Below are positions 1-11,566 of a stretch of DNA of 41,064 bases, piece by piece. The DNA is from Catajapyx aquilonaris. Lineage: Eukaryota. Position numbers and translations under genes: made by a program. Below the pieces are notes generated by a model, which saw nothing but the letters and a program-made list of their open reading frames with translations, was not told the origin of the DNA and made no database searches. The stretch's first letter is position 1; each line of letters opens with the position of its first letter. The stretch covers positions 1 to 41,064 of the forward strand of contig JYFJ02003472.1 in the NCBI GenBank assembly GCA_000934665.2, written 5' to 3'.

Positions 1-360
1 TCATTTTGATCAGGTAACTATATGTGCGTTTTTCATCCCTTGGTGTGGGCTACCAATGCACCGAATTTGAAGAAAATCCGGTGAGGTCGAAATTTGACCT
101 CTGCCCCCCTCAAAATTGGGTCACGAGGTCATTTTGATCAGGTAACTATAGGTGCGTTTTTCATCCCTTGGTGTGGGCTACCAATGCACCGAATTTGAAG
201 GAAATCGGTGAGGTCGAAATTTTCTGATTTGACCTCTGCCCCCCTCAAAATTGGGTCACGAGGTCATTTTTAGCAGGTAACTATAGGTGCGTTTTTCATC
301 CCTTGGGGTGGGCTACCAATGCACCGAATTTCAAAAAAATCGGTGAGGTTGAAATTTTTT
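1..360. repeat. Tandem repeat, ~128-135 bp unit, ~2.7 copies visible
   Basis: Unit TCATTTTGATCAGGTAACTATAGGTGCGTTTTTCATCCCTTGG... starts at 1, 129 and 264. Confidence 0.9.
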
Positions 361-474
361 GCGTTGAAAAATGACCCAAGTTGGCAGGGCAAATCTTCGG
401 ACATCATATGATTTCCATAGGCCCTCCAGCAATGCAAGCTCGGAAATCATATGATGGCCGTAGGCAGCAAAGGG
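1..474. mobile_element. Right end of a piggyBac-like non-autonomous element with an internal tandem repeat
   Basis: Ends ...GCAGCAAAGGG|TTAA (TTAA at 475-478). Subterminal inverted repeat at 398-416/442-460 (1 mismatch). Left end lies outside the window. Confidence 0.6.
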
Positions 475-514
475 TTAACTGATGCACATTTGTTGGGGCC
501 ACACAATTCATATA

Positions 515-1115
515 CAGTAAAACTTCCATAAGTCGAATCTCCATGGGACCGGAAAAAAAACTTCGAGTTATAGAAGATTCTAGTTAGAGAAGTTTAGAAA
601 ATTTTAACCACAGAACTCTATAAGGAAGCCTACCTTTATATCCAGCGACGAAAGGTGTTCCAAACTTTAAAATTATTGTCACTATCACACTTACAGTGTT
701 TCTCATTGTTTTGTTGTAAAAAAAACCTCAGCTATATGGACATTTGGCTACTCTTAGATTCAAGCTGTGGATTCAAGGATGCAATTGTCACAATCGAATC
801 AAACACTTCTTTGGCTACGTCTGGTAGACGGAGATCAGGAAATTGAGCCTTTCTGTACATGTGGCCTACTCTCGACCCTTCGTCTGGGAAATGAGACAAT
901 TTTCCATACTCGCCAACATGAACTTCGACTTAGGGAGACTGGAAATGCATTGATATCCCATCGAAAGGCCCTGCCTGCACTTCGAGTTATGGAGAACTTT
1001 CAGTTATAGAAATTCCATTTAGGGAAGTTTATTTCCTATTATTTTACATTGTGACCAACCAAGCTCATCATTTTCTTCGACTTATAGAGAACTTCGACTT
1101 AGGGAAGTTTTACTG
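515..1115. mobile_element. pogo/Tigger-type (Tc1/mariner superfamily) MITE
   Basis: TIRs CAGTAAAACTTCCATAAGTCGAA / TTCGACTTAGGGAAGTTTTACTG, flanked by TA on both sides. Internal repeats of TTCGA(C/G)TTA. Confidence 0.85.
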
Positions 1116-1340
1116 TATCACTTTTTGATTTTTCTTTATAATTATGTCATGCTCAAAACACGAAACAATAAATTTTATTTCCAAGTTATCTAACACAACA
1201 ATATATTCATATCATATTACCATTCTATAGCATCACGATTATGTTCCCATTATGTTCCAGTTAACTGGCAAAAACATGCCATTTTCCAGGAATTGCGTTA
1301 GACCCTGATTTCCTCAACACTAACAATAAGACAAACTCAC

Positions 1341-1484
1341 CTTCCGTTGTTGCCTTTGGTTTTTTTCGCAACTTGAGCCACAACCAGGACCATCAGCTGA
1401 GGGAGCAGATGGTCCATGTTCATCGCTGGAGTCATTCACACTCAAGGTCAGGTCACCTACTTCAGCCTTTTCCGTTTCATCAAC
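1341..1484 (-). CDS. Orphan linker exon E5 of the ZNF family; its partner zinc-finger exon is probably left of the window
   Basis: 144-bp open exon (VDETEKAEVGDLTL...QRQQRK) with ttgcag acceptor and GTGAGT donor. No E1-E4 or promoter lies between it and gene A's stop. Confidence 0.6.
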
Positions 1485-2283
1485 CTGCAATATTCAATAA
1501 GACTTGTAGTGAATCTGCCCTTGTTTTCACCAGTTCTATTAACATCACTTACAACAAACAGATTCTCCGTCTTTACTCTTTTATCAGTTTTACGAGGGCC
1601 ATGTGCTCAATTGCTCATTGACTTTAAATTTTGAGAATGTAGGCTACATATTATGAATTCTACAGTTTAAGTATGACAGTGTAGCCATTTGTTATCTTTA
1701 TGTCACCTGTAATAAAAATTACAAGCTTACCATGCAGTGAAATTACCCTTCTGTTCCTGCCAGCCAGTCATGTACTGTTCATGGCTGCATATTATGACCT
1801 CTATACATGGCTTACCACTGCAAGATAAGCGCAGATATATGATGTGATAATTATGATTATTTGCTAATTGATAAATTTACAAGTTCAAAAGGTTCAAAAA
1901 TGTAAATCTTAAGTTTTCTTTCACTCTTCCTGCCTTTTATTGTAACTTTGGATCTGCATCGAGGCAGAAACATGGTTAGGTTAAACCAGATATCAAAATA
2001 ACATCATTTGAATGATCTCATTAATACAAAGGAATCGCAAGACATTTTCTGACACAAGTTGCAATGAATTGACTTGACACCAGCGTGCATTAGCGTGTGG
2101 TGTTTCATGGCAAGGCAGAAAATGTGTTATGGCACATGGCGCAACTCTAACGTTACCAAGACCAATGTGTATTATGTACATCAACAAGGTCGAGCTTCTG
2201 TTCAGAAGTCGCCCAGAACAGGCATGTATAATTGCTCATCGGGATTAAACAAAAGAAGCAAACAAACAAGACAAGGTGCAACT

Positions 2284-3533
2284 TTACAACCCTTTTCTTG
2301 TGTGGGTTTTCTTGTGATAATTTAAGTGATCACGACGAGCAAATTTCCTCTGGCATATGTCACAACAATACGGCTTCTCACCAGTGTGAGTCTTCATATG
2401 GGCAACCAAGATATATTTGTACTCAAACTTTTGGCCACAGTGGGAGCAAGAGTGCAACTCTCTTTCCCCAGTGTGAATTTGCATGTGATACTTCAGTTGC
2501 CTAGCTAGTGTGTAGGATTTTTTGCACACTTGACACGAATACTGCTTCCTGCCAGTGTGGGTCACCTTGTGATCTTCCAAAACACACCTATCACGAAACC
2601 TCTTACCACACACTTCACAAGAATAAGGCATAATACCAAGATGGACAACCTTATAATGCAATTTCAAGGCCTTGCTTGACATGTACCGTTTTTCACAGGC
2701 AGTGCAACCAAAAGGCTTTTCATCACTTCCGTGAACAAATCTATGCCTTTTGAACAACCCACTGTGTTTAGTCCTATATGAGCATCGATCACACTGATGC
2801 CATTCTTTCCCAGGCATCTCCTTTCCTTTCACTGTATCCAAAGCACCAGAAGTCCCAAGGTTCAGATCAGAGAAGGCGTCAGTGTCATTTGGACTATCTG
2901 TTTTGGTTGGCTGCATAAGCTGCTTGCACTACAAAGAGTTCAAAAGTAAATCAGGTGGTAATGAGCATTTCAAGTTTTAAGTTGATTAAAAGTTGTGATA
3001 AAGGACAATAGCATTCTGATCAATCTGCAGCCTTTTTAAAAAAGAAGATAGAAACCAACTCTACCAAAGGTTTAAGATGAGAGAGAATAAAAAGTAATGC
3101 ACAGCTTTTTAAATTTCGAAAATTCACACCACCACCACCGAACATATACACATGAGCATAATTATGTTCCCTAAGCTGAAGGTAATTTTAGCTTATGAAT
3201 GCCAGCGTACTTTTAAGATTACATAAATTAATGTTAACAGGGGAGGTGGATTGGTGCTGTGGAAACATACACGCCCACAGATGTAAGGGTGCCGAGTTCG
3301 ATCCCAAGCCCGGGCTTTCTCCCCCCTCATCTAGTGCAGAGTTGGATCGTCTCTGGTTTCGTCTCGGGTGGGATTCCTTGAGACTAACCACCCAGGAGAA
3401 CTCACAAAATGACCATATGAGACATTGGCCTGCACCTTGCACTTCCCCTCCCACTAATCCTTGCCTGTGGGCCCAGGCACTCTACATGACATTCACATTA
3501 AAGGTCCCCATGAGGGGTCAAATCACTACCCAG

Positions 3534-3598
<65 letters not shown>

Positions 3599-6500
3599 AT
3601 TAACCTTAACATTGCCAAGTGTGTGGCTTTATTGGAAGCTATCCATCATAAAGTAGGCCACTCGGCAAAAGAAAGCGAACATTTTAGGTAGACACACATG
3701 TATCAATCCCAAGTCTGGCTATGAAAAATAATTTATAGGCCACTGCGGCTGTGTAATAAATGGGAAAGAAAGTCCAGATTTTTAGGCAGAAAAAAAACCC
3801 GAAATAGGCACGAAATAACACCAAAATAAGCACTGAAATAAGCATGAAAAAACCTCAAATAGGCACAAAGATTATACTTTTACAGAAAATGAATAAGACA
3901 GCATAATTTTATCTAGGCCTAAACTCCTAAAGTATTTAATAAGTCACAAACCGGAGTGAAAACCGAATAACAACGATTAACTTACAGGCAATCACAAAAG
4001 GTGGGCAAAAGACATAAAGTGCAAGCAAGTATCGTTTGCTCCACTGGACTCCACTGGACCGCTCTCCACTTGTACAATATGGTGAGCTAAATATTTGTCT
4101 AAAATTTAGAAAAGTATTTGGCATACGCGCCACGGCAACATGATTCGCATGACTTCTGGATGATTTTGGTCCTTTCAGGAGCACACAAAATAGCCCGGAA
4201 AAAACACCCAAATATGCCTCTTAATGGGCTCAAGAAGTCCCGAAATCGGTTCACAATGTTCAAAAAATATCCCAAAAAATGCCAAATAGCGAAATGCAAA
4301 ACGCCACAATAGGCAAAATAGTTCCCAAATCCAAAAAAATTGGCCATTTTAGGCACTATAAAACCTGCATTTTCCACATCCTTCACTTATGAAATGGATA
4401 GATCTCTTCACAAAACCATCGCAACGGTTAAGGTACTATTTAGGCATTTGCCTAAAAATCCGGACTCCAGTAATAAAAATAACAGTAGGACAAGCACTGC
4501 ATTAATTAGTTTCAGTGCAGGCCTAGCTACACTGGAATAATTTTATTCCGGGGAAAGATCTGGTGTTACACCAATACTGTTTGTTGTAAGATCCATGTTA
4601 AAATTCATGTTGGGTTCATGTGACATTTAACTGGCAAAATAACCGGCTTTTCCATCAGTAATAGGTCCTTTTGGCTTAACACCAAGAGAAACATACCTTC
4701 CTTTGTCGCCTTTGGTTTTTTCCCCGACTTGAACCACGAAGAGCATCGTTAGCTGAGGGAGCGGATGGGGCATGTTCATCAATGGAGTCATTCACATCCA
4801 AAGTCAAGTCACCAATTTCAAGATTGTCTGTTTCATCAACCTGCAATAAGACAATTAGTGAATCTATTTCAGCTCTTGTTCCCGTTAGTTCTATTCACAT
4901 CAGTTGCAGCAAACACCTACCCATGTGCTCTAAAATATTGTGAAACACTTGCCTCTAATGGAATCTCCTCAAATTTGATGGGCCCAGTGTTCTCCCAGGT
5001 TGCAGAAGTGGAGGCCTGAAGTAAAATGAAAGGCAACTAGAGATTCGTAATAATATAATAATCAGACTTGTAGTACACTCCAGGTAACATTATAAACAAA
5101 GATCTCCAGATATATGGAGCATTCGACAAAATATTCACTGTGAAAAACATATCTACGTAAAATCATCTAATTCCTTCATTTATGGGGTTGTCACTAATTC
5201 AAATATGCTGACCTTTAAAAATTCCCATATTTTTTAGAATGTATGTTGCGCAAACACTGCACAATCAAGTCAGGAGGTGGATGTCAAAAGTGGCTGTCTT
5301 CATTTGTCATTGTTTTTGAGATGTCATGGCCATTAAAATCTTCAAGTAAAGGCACACTTAATCAGACAAAGACATTGGTCGAAATGATTCATCTTAGTTA
5401 TTGGTACCATAACAAGAGTGGATTCAGCTATACAAATCAAAGCTATAGAAGTGCCATTTTCTCAGAATGAGGTGGGGTCAAGATGACTTCTAATGGCTTC
5501 CACATCCTCGTGTAATCTATCAAGTAAACACACCGTACCTGGCTCCATGACTCACTCTCCGTCTCCGTCTCCTGCTTCATTGTTCCCTCTTGAAGCAAGT
5601 GCGATTCTTGATTCCCATTAGAATGAACTTCTTCAATGACTGGAAGGTCAGGTGAGGAAGCTTCCGAATCAATATTGCCAACGAGGGCAGCAATTTCGCT
5701 GATGTTTTTGGCTGTCTCTGCCTTCAAATCTCCATTCCAGTTCCCCTAAAAAAATAAGAACACATTTTCTGCAATTGACTAACAAAGTTACTGGTAGGAA
5801 CAGGTACTTCAATTTTTTTAACTATCCCAGGACCTTATTACAAAGTGTGTTTCCAATCAACTGTTCCGATAAACACTTGCCCCATAACCAGTGATTCATT
5901 ACATGACAGTCAGACCTCCTATGAACGAATGGGGCAAAAATTCTTAAAGAAGATTTCAAGTTTTTATTTTCCTGCATCGATTCATAATCAACATTTTAAA
6001 CTACAAATAATCCCACAGAGCTATTTAGAAGTATAGGTTTAAAATTACATATGTAGAGCTGACTTAAATTGTGTGGTTCTACGTGGCCGAGTCAAAACAA
6101 ATTGGGACTGATTTTTTATGTGGTAAAGAGAATTAGTTCATGACGTTTCGTGAGTGGCATCGTGTCCGGAATGCCTTGAAGTATTAGTTCACCAATTTTT
6201 TGTTTGACAATATTCCAAAATCCTGACAGTGACACCGAAAGTAAGCCTAGGTTTGTATTCGCCTCCGCTCTGCCAAGAGGTTGGCAGTGAGGACCCACAA
6301 TCAGGTTGATGTTTTTCTTCCATTTGAGGACGACACCGATGGAGGCATATGGCATGCTAAGAGAGTGCTAGAGCAGTGGTTCTCAAACTTTTTTGAACAA
6401 GTACCACTCCGTGAGGATCAGTAAACTGAAGTACCACTGTCAATGAATGGTTAATTTACACCGGTGTTGCTTTGAAGAAAATGTCACTATAATCACTGTA

Positions 6501-7226
6501 ATGACTATAATTTTGAGGTTAAAGTGATATATAACTAGTTAAAGAATAGTTTTTAAAAAGGGCGAGGCGTATAAACAGGTAAAACGACAGCAATATGCGC
6601 AGGCCACATGAGTATCGGTACCACTTGACATGGCTTGAAGTACCACCAGAGGTACGCGTACCACAGTTTGAGAACCGCTGTGCTAGAGGGCGAGGATTCG
6701 ATGAGTCCTCAAGTTGTTGACTGCAAAGGAGAAGCAGATGCGGGTGGAGGTTTGTGAAGAGCTTCAACGTCTTGTGGCCTCATCTGGTGACCAGTATCTG
6801 CTACTCACAATCTTAGCATGTCGTACACCTCCATGGCTGTTTTATTCAATCGGAAGCAAATCCTGAACCTACCCTTGTCCTCACCTCCTGCACTTCCCAG
6901 TCCTCTTCCTCCGCTTTAATTTCTGTTTCAATGTCACACGTATGCATCGACTCGCTGCCTGCATCTCCAGCGTCCACAGAAACAGACTCGGTGGGAAGGG
7001 ACTGGCCTGAAGCATCTTCTGGAATGCAAGACGCATTGATATCCGATGCGCACGCCCTTGTTCCTCCTTCATGCGTACCTTCCCTTCCACGCTTCTCCTT
7101 CTTCATCCACCCCTCCACCCTCCCGATGGCCTCCTGGCACCAGTCCACCCTGGAGACCAACCATTCCAGAAGCTTCTCGTTGCGGAGGGAGACTTCCATC
7201 AGAGATTCTAGAGTGACTGGAGCCAT
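2284..7226 (-). CDS. Gene A: coiled-coil/acidic-linker/6xC2H2 zinc-finger protein, ~446 aa
   Basis: Exons 7226-7079, 7018-6885, 5745-5539, 5015-4953 (GC donor), 4840-4697, 2928-2284 join in frame. Six C2H2 fingers with HTGEKP-like linkers. Confidence 0.85.
3240..3596 (+). mobile_element. tRNA-derived SINE with (ATT)n tail
   Basis: A-box-like TGGTGCTGTGG, B box GAGTTCGATCCC and (ATT)n tail at ~3534-3596. 16-bp TSD TAAATTAATGTTAACA / TAAATTAACCTTAACA (2 mismatches). Confidence 0.8.
3534..3596. repeat. (ATT)n microsatellite (SINE tail)
   Basis: About 21 perfect ATT units. Confidence 0.95.
3771..4466. mobile_element. Non-autonomous TIR element rich in AAATAGGCA-like repeats
   Basis: Inverted repeats AGTCCAGATTTTTAGGCAGA / TTTGCCTAAAAATCCGGACT. 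No clear TSD; superfamily unassigned. Confidence 0.55.
6082..6363. mobile_element. Truncated copy (left arm and core) of the mariner-type MITE at 8715-9124
   Basis: Near-identical to 8715-9000, including left flank (~5965-6081 vs ~8598-8714), so it was copied by segmental duplication. Confidence 0.75.
6374..6680. mobile_element. hAT (Charlie/Buster-like) MITE
   Basis: TIRs CAGTGGTTCTCAAAC / GTTTGAGAACCGCTG. Perfect 8-bp TSD TGCTAGAG (6366-6373, 6681-6688). Confidence 0.92.
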
Positions 7227-7323
7227 GGCTTTAAGTCCTAACTCGGGTTCTGTGATGTTTGGGTGGGTAAGGGAAATGAAAGGAAATCTTCAAAGGAACG
7301 TGCTTCTAACGGTTTTTTACACG

Positions 7324-7341
7324 GTCGCCATCTTGGATTGG
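7324..7341 (-). promoter_or_regulatory. CCAAT + YY1-type motif upstream of gene A
   Basis: Minus strand CCAATCCAAGATGGCGAC, conserved upstream of all 7 ATG-bearing first exons. Confidence 0.6.
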
Positions 7342-7812
7342 GTTTTAAAGGGCGTGTTCCCATCGCCGTCTGAGAAACAGTTCTGAGGGTACGTTCTGAC
7401 CGGTGTTTTCAATGGAATGTCAGGGTTGGAAATAAAGTCAACTGGATACACAGCACCATATATTAAATGCTGCAGATTATTGTTAATGTTCATTAATAGC
7501 CGAGTTCCTGGCATACGAACATTTGACACTGGCACTTTGATAGTGACATTTTTATGCAAATTGCGTCATTGGTATTGACATTTTCATGTCAGTGAGCCAA
7601 TCAGTTTAGGGTGCATACAGGTTGCAACTTTTAATTCAAATGCATATATATGTTCACAAAACAGGAATTTATTTATGTAACTTTAGGTATGAACTGCATT
7701 GATACATATTCTGACAGAAGTTGCACTGCGTAGGCTTAACACCAGCGGGCATTAACATGTGGTGTTTTATGAGAGGTAATGCAGCAAATGTCTTATCATG
7801 CATGGTGCAACT

Positions 7813-8460
7813 CTAAGACCTTGCTCCTTTGTGGGTTTTCTTGTGCTTAGTTAAGGAACCACGTTGAGCAAACTTCCTCTGGCAAATGTCACAACAATAC
7901 GGCGTCTCACCAGTGTGAATTCTCACATGCGCAACCAACCAAGATTTGCATCCGAACCCTTTGCCACAAATGGAGCAAGGGTGTAACTCTCTTTCCCCAG
8001 TGTGAAGTTTCATGTGATACCTCAAATTTTTAAGTAGAGTAAAGGACTGTTTGCACACGCGACATGAATGCTGCTGCTTGGCAGTGTGGGTCATCTTGTG
8101 CCCCTCCAAAACATACCTATCACGAAACCTCTTACGACACACTTCACAAGAATAATGCATGATAACACCATGATGGGCAACCTTATAATGCAATTTCAAG
8201 GCCTTGTTTGACATGTACCGTTTTTCACAAGCAGTGCAACCAAAAGGGTTTTCATCACTTCTGTGAACAAATCTATGCCTTTTGAACAACCCACTGTTTT
8301 TAGTCTTATATGAGCATCGATCACACTGATGCCATTTCTTTCCTGGCACCTCCTTTCCTTTCACTGTATCCAAAGCACCAGAAGTCCCAAGGTTCAGATC
8401 AGAGAAGCCATCAGTGTCATTCTCACTCACTCTTTCAGTTGGCTGCAGTAGTTGCTTGCA
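7813..8460 (-). CDS. Module B: lone 6xC2H2 terminal exon (no own promoter or intact E1-E5)
   Basis: Open 648-bp exon with intact ttgtag acceptor, phase 0. Fingers 1-3 are nearly identical to gene A. Confidence 0.7.
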   Translation of the reverse strand, partial: CKQLLQPTERVSENDTDGFSDLNLGTSGALDTVKGKEVPGKKWHQCDRCSYKTKNSGLFKRHRFVHRSDENPFGCTACEKRYMSNKALKLHYKVAHHGVIMHYSCEVCRKRFRDRYVLEGHKMTHTAKQQHSCRVCKQSFTLLKNLRYHMKLHTGERELHPCSICGKGFGCKSWLVAHVRIHTGETPYCCDICQRKFAQRGSLTKHKKTHKGARS

Positions 8461-8714
8461 CTACAAGGAATTCAAAAGTAATGCATCGGTGGGAATGAGC
8501 ATTCCAAGTTTTAAGTTGATGAACATAAAGTAGGCAACTTGGCAAACGAAAGTTAACATTTCAGCTAAACAAACAAGTATATCGATTCCAAGCGTTTTCT
8601 TTTCCTGCATCGATTCATAATCAACATTTTAAACTACAAGTAATCCCACAGAGCTATTTAGAAGTGTAGGTTTAAAATGACATAAGTAGAGCTGACTTAA
8701 ATTGTGTGGTTCTA

Positions 8715-9124
8715 CGAGCCCGAGTCAAAACAAATTGGGACTGACTTTTTATGTGGTAAAAGGAATTAGTTCATGACTTTTCGTGAGTGGCATCGTGTCC
8801 AGAATGGCTTGAAGCATTAGATCACCAATTTTTTGTTTTAAAATATTCCAAAATCCCAAGCGACAGTGACAGCGAAGTAAGCCTAGGTTTGCATTCGCCT
8901 CTGCTGTGCCAAAAGGTTGGCAGTGAGGACCCACAATCTGTGTTGAGGTTTTTCTTCCGTTTGAAGACAACACCGAAGGAGGCATATGGCATGGTAAGAG
9001 GAACAAAAATTGGTGACCTAATACTTCAAGGCATTCTAGACACGATGCCACTCACGAAAAGACATAAACTAATTCTCTTTATCACATTAAAAAATCAATC
9101 CCAATTTGTTTTGACTCACCCTCA
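8715..9124. mobile_element. mariner-type MITE with ~115-bp TIRs
   Basis: GAGTCAAAACAAATTGGGA... (8722-8836) is inverted at 9002-9117. TA flanks. Confidence 0.85.
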
Positions 9125-9806
9125 TACTTACCAGTGTGAAATCATCGTGATGCTGGTAAGCTTTACGAGGATGAATCAAAAAGAAATTCACAACACAGCC
9201 AGAGTCGATCAGCACCTGATCCGTCATGCCCTACCCTTGTCCTCACCTGCTCCGAGTGAATTAAATTTTAAGAATTCACGCATTAATATATAGTTCCACA
9301 GTTTCTGTATGAAATGTAGGCACTTGTTGTCTTAATGACACTATGTATGAGACAATAGAATGGTAAAAGTCAAAAGTGATGTAAGTGCCAAAAAAAAAAG
9401 TTCGCGCTTGAGTTACACATGACAATATTTTTGTGACATGCTTAACAAGGTCTGTGCAGGATTCAAGTCCTAGAAAAAATAACTGCGGCTTAGACAAGTC
9501 TCATACGCAAAACGAGCACATGGGGACTTGGGAGTCTTGGAGGAATGATTTCATTGCAAGGTAAGTGCAGATGTAGGGGAAGATAATTGCTATTATTTTC
9601 AAATCTAAAATTATTATGCTGAACGTATTTTAATGTCAATCAGAAGCTTTCTTTCAGTCATGGTGTTTTTCATTGTAACAATGTACCTTGACTGAGACAA
9701 CAACATGGTTAGGTTTGAGTGCATGATTTTTTATTTTTTTTGACAAATTTGGTGTTTTATGACAGGTAATGATTGTAGCAAATGTCTTTTCATGTGTGGT
9801 CCAACT

Positions 9807-10995
9807 CTACGACCTTGCCACTGTGTGGGTTGTCTTGTGACGAAACATGGTACTACGACAAGTAAACTTCCTCTGGCAAATGTCGCAACAATACGCCTTC
9901 TCACCAGTGTGAATCCTCACATGTTTAACCAAGTCAGACTTGAACTGGAACCCATTGCCACAGTGGCTACAAGAGTATAACTCTCTTATTCCAGTGTGCC
10001 ATATCATGTGATACTTCAATTTCCTAGCTAGAGTAAAGGATTTTTTGCACACTTCACATGAATGCTGCTTCCTGCCAGTGTGGGTCGCCTTGTGCTCCTC
10101 CAAATGCCCCCTCTTATTAAACTTCTTATCGCACACTTCACAAGAAAAAGGAGCAACACCAATATGTACAGCCTGATAATGCATTTGCAAGGAGCACTTT
10201 TCCATGAATCTCTTTTCACAAGCAGTGCAACCGAAAGGCTTTTCATGACTTCTGTGACCAGTCCCATGCCTTTTGAACAAAGCACTGTTTTGAGTATTAT
10301 ATGAGCATTGATCACACTGATGCCATTTCTTCCTTGGCATCTCCTTTCCTTTTACCATTTCCAAAGCCCCAGAAGTCCTACGGTTCTGATCAGAGAAGCC
10401 ATCAGTGATCTCTGTTTCAGTTGGCTGTGTTAGTTTCTTGTGCTGCAAAGAATTGAAACGTAATTAATGTGAGAATGAGCAGTTTCAGTGCATGTTCTAG
10501 CTTTACTTCATTCATTTATTCTGGTGAAAGGTGTGATGTTACATCAATGCTGTTCATGTCAATATTCAGGTCAAGGTCATGTTAAAGTTAACTGGCATAA
10601 AAACCGCTATTTCCAGCAATCAGGTTTGGCCATGTTTCGCTTAACACTAAATCAAACATACCTTTCTTTGTTGCCTTTGGGTTTTTTCCAGACTCGAGCC
10701 ACGAAGAGGATCATCAGCTGAGCGAGCAGATGGGGCATGGTCATCGCTGGAGTCATTCACACGCAAGGTCAGGTCAGCATTTTCCGTTTCATCAACCTGA
10801 AATATTAAATAGGACTTCTAGTGAATCTATTCTTGCTCCTGTTCTCATCAGTTCCATTCACATCACTTCCTGCAAACTGCTTCCTCGTCTTTACTCTTTG
10901 ACTAGGACCATGTGCTAAATTATAATGTGAAAAACACTTGCCTCTAATGGATTCGGCTCAACTTTGATGGACTCCCAGGTTGCAGAAGTGGACGC
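9807..10995 (-). CDS. Module C: promoterless E4+E5+6xC2H2 cassette
   Basis: Exons 10995-10942 (GC donor), 10796-10662 and 10442-9807, all open with intact splice sites. E4 and E5 each carry an in-frame 9-bp deletion. Confidence 0.72.
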
Positions 10996-11566
10996 CTGTG
11001 GAAAAATGACAGATCAGTCAAGATTGGTAATAATATAAACGGACATGGAGTACCGATAATATTTTACCTGTCATAAACTGGCAGGAAAGTGACAAAAGCA
11101 GTGCTTTCATTAAAACCCAAAATATAAAACCATCATGTTTGCAGACTGACCGTTTCACCACATTATGCTTCCCATCCTCTTCCTCCACTTTTATTGAAAA
11201 TCTAAAAATTTGAAGGTTAAAAATGTTGGAAAATGTTACTCGGCAGATATCTTTCACTCTCTCTCTGTGTGTGGTTTTTATTGCAACTTTGGATCTTGAC
11301 TGAGAGTGCGACATGGTTGATTAAAATACGCATCAAAATTACATTATTTGAATTAAATCTCACCAACACAATGGATAATATTGCTTAAACTCACTAGTCC
11401 TTAAAATGCCATACAACTGCTTGTCTTCCGTGGTGAATGCGTTTTACGGGTATTATCAGGAATGATCTGCAAAACGACATTTTATGACACAAGTTGCATA
11501 GAGCAGACTGAACACCAGTGGGCATTAGGACGAGCCAGCAAATGTTTATTCACACATGGCGAAACC

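Noticed and set aside
1..360. CRISPR-like repeat array
   Set aside because: Units are head-to-tail with no unique spacers, and the context is eukaryotic.
3240..3320. Possible tRNA gene
   Set aside because: No convincing cloverleaf or poly-T terminator; it continues into a SINE body with tail and TSD.
3195..3656. 153-aa ORF with a poly-Ile tract
   Set aside because: Translation of the SINE and its (ATT)n tail.
7079..7226. Assignment of the N-terminal domain to KRAB, ZAD, BTB or SCAN
   Set aside because: Lacks the KRAB DV/MLENY motifs and the ZAD four-Cys pattern, and is too short for BTB or SCAN. No gene symbol assigned.
8749..9293. ORFs of 100 and 168 aa on opposite strands with similar peptides
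   Set aside because: Artefact of MITE inverted arms; no transposase motifs.
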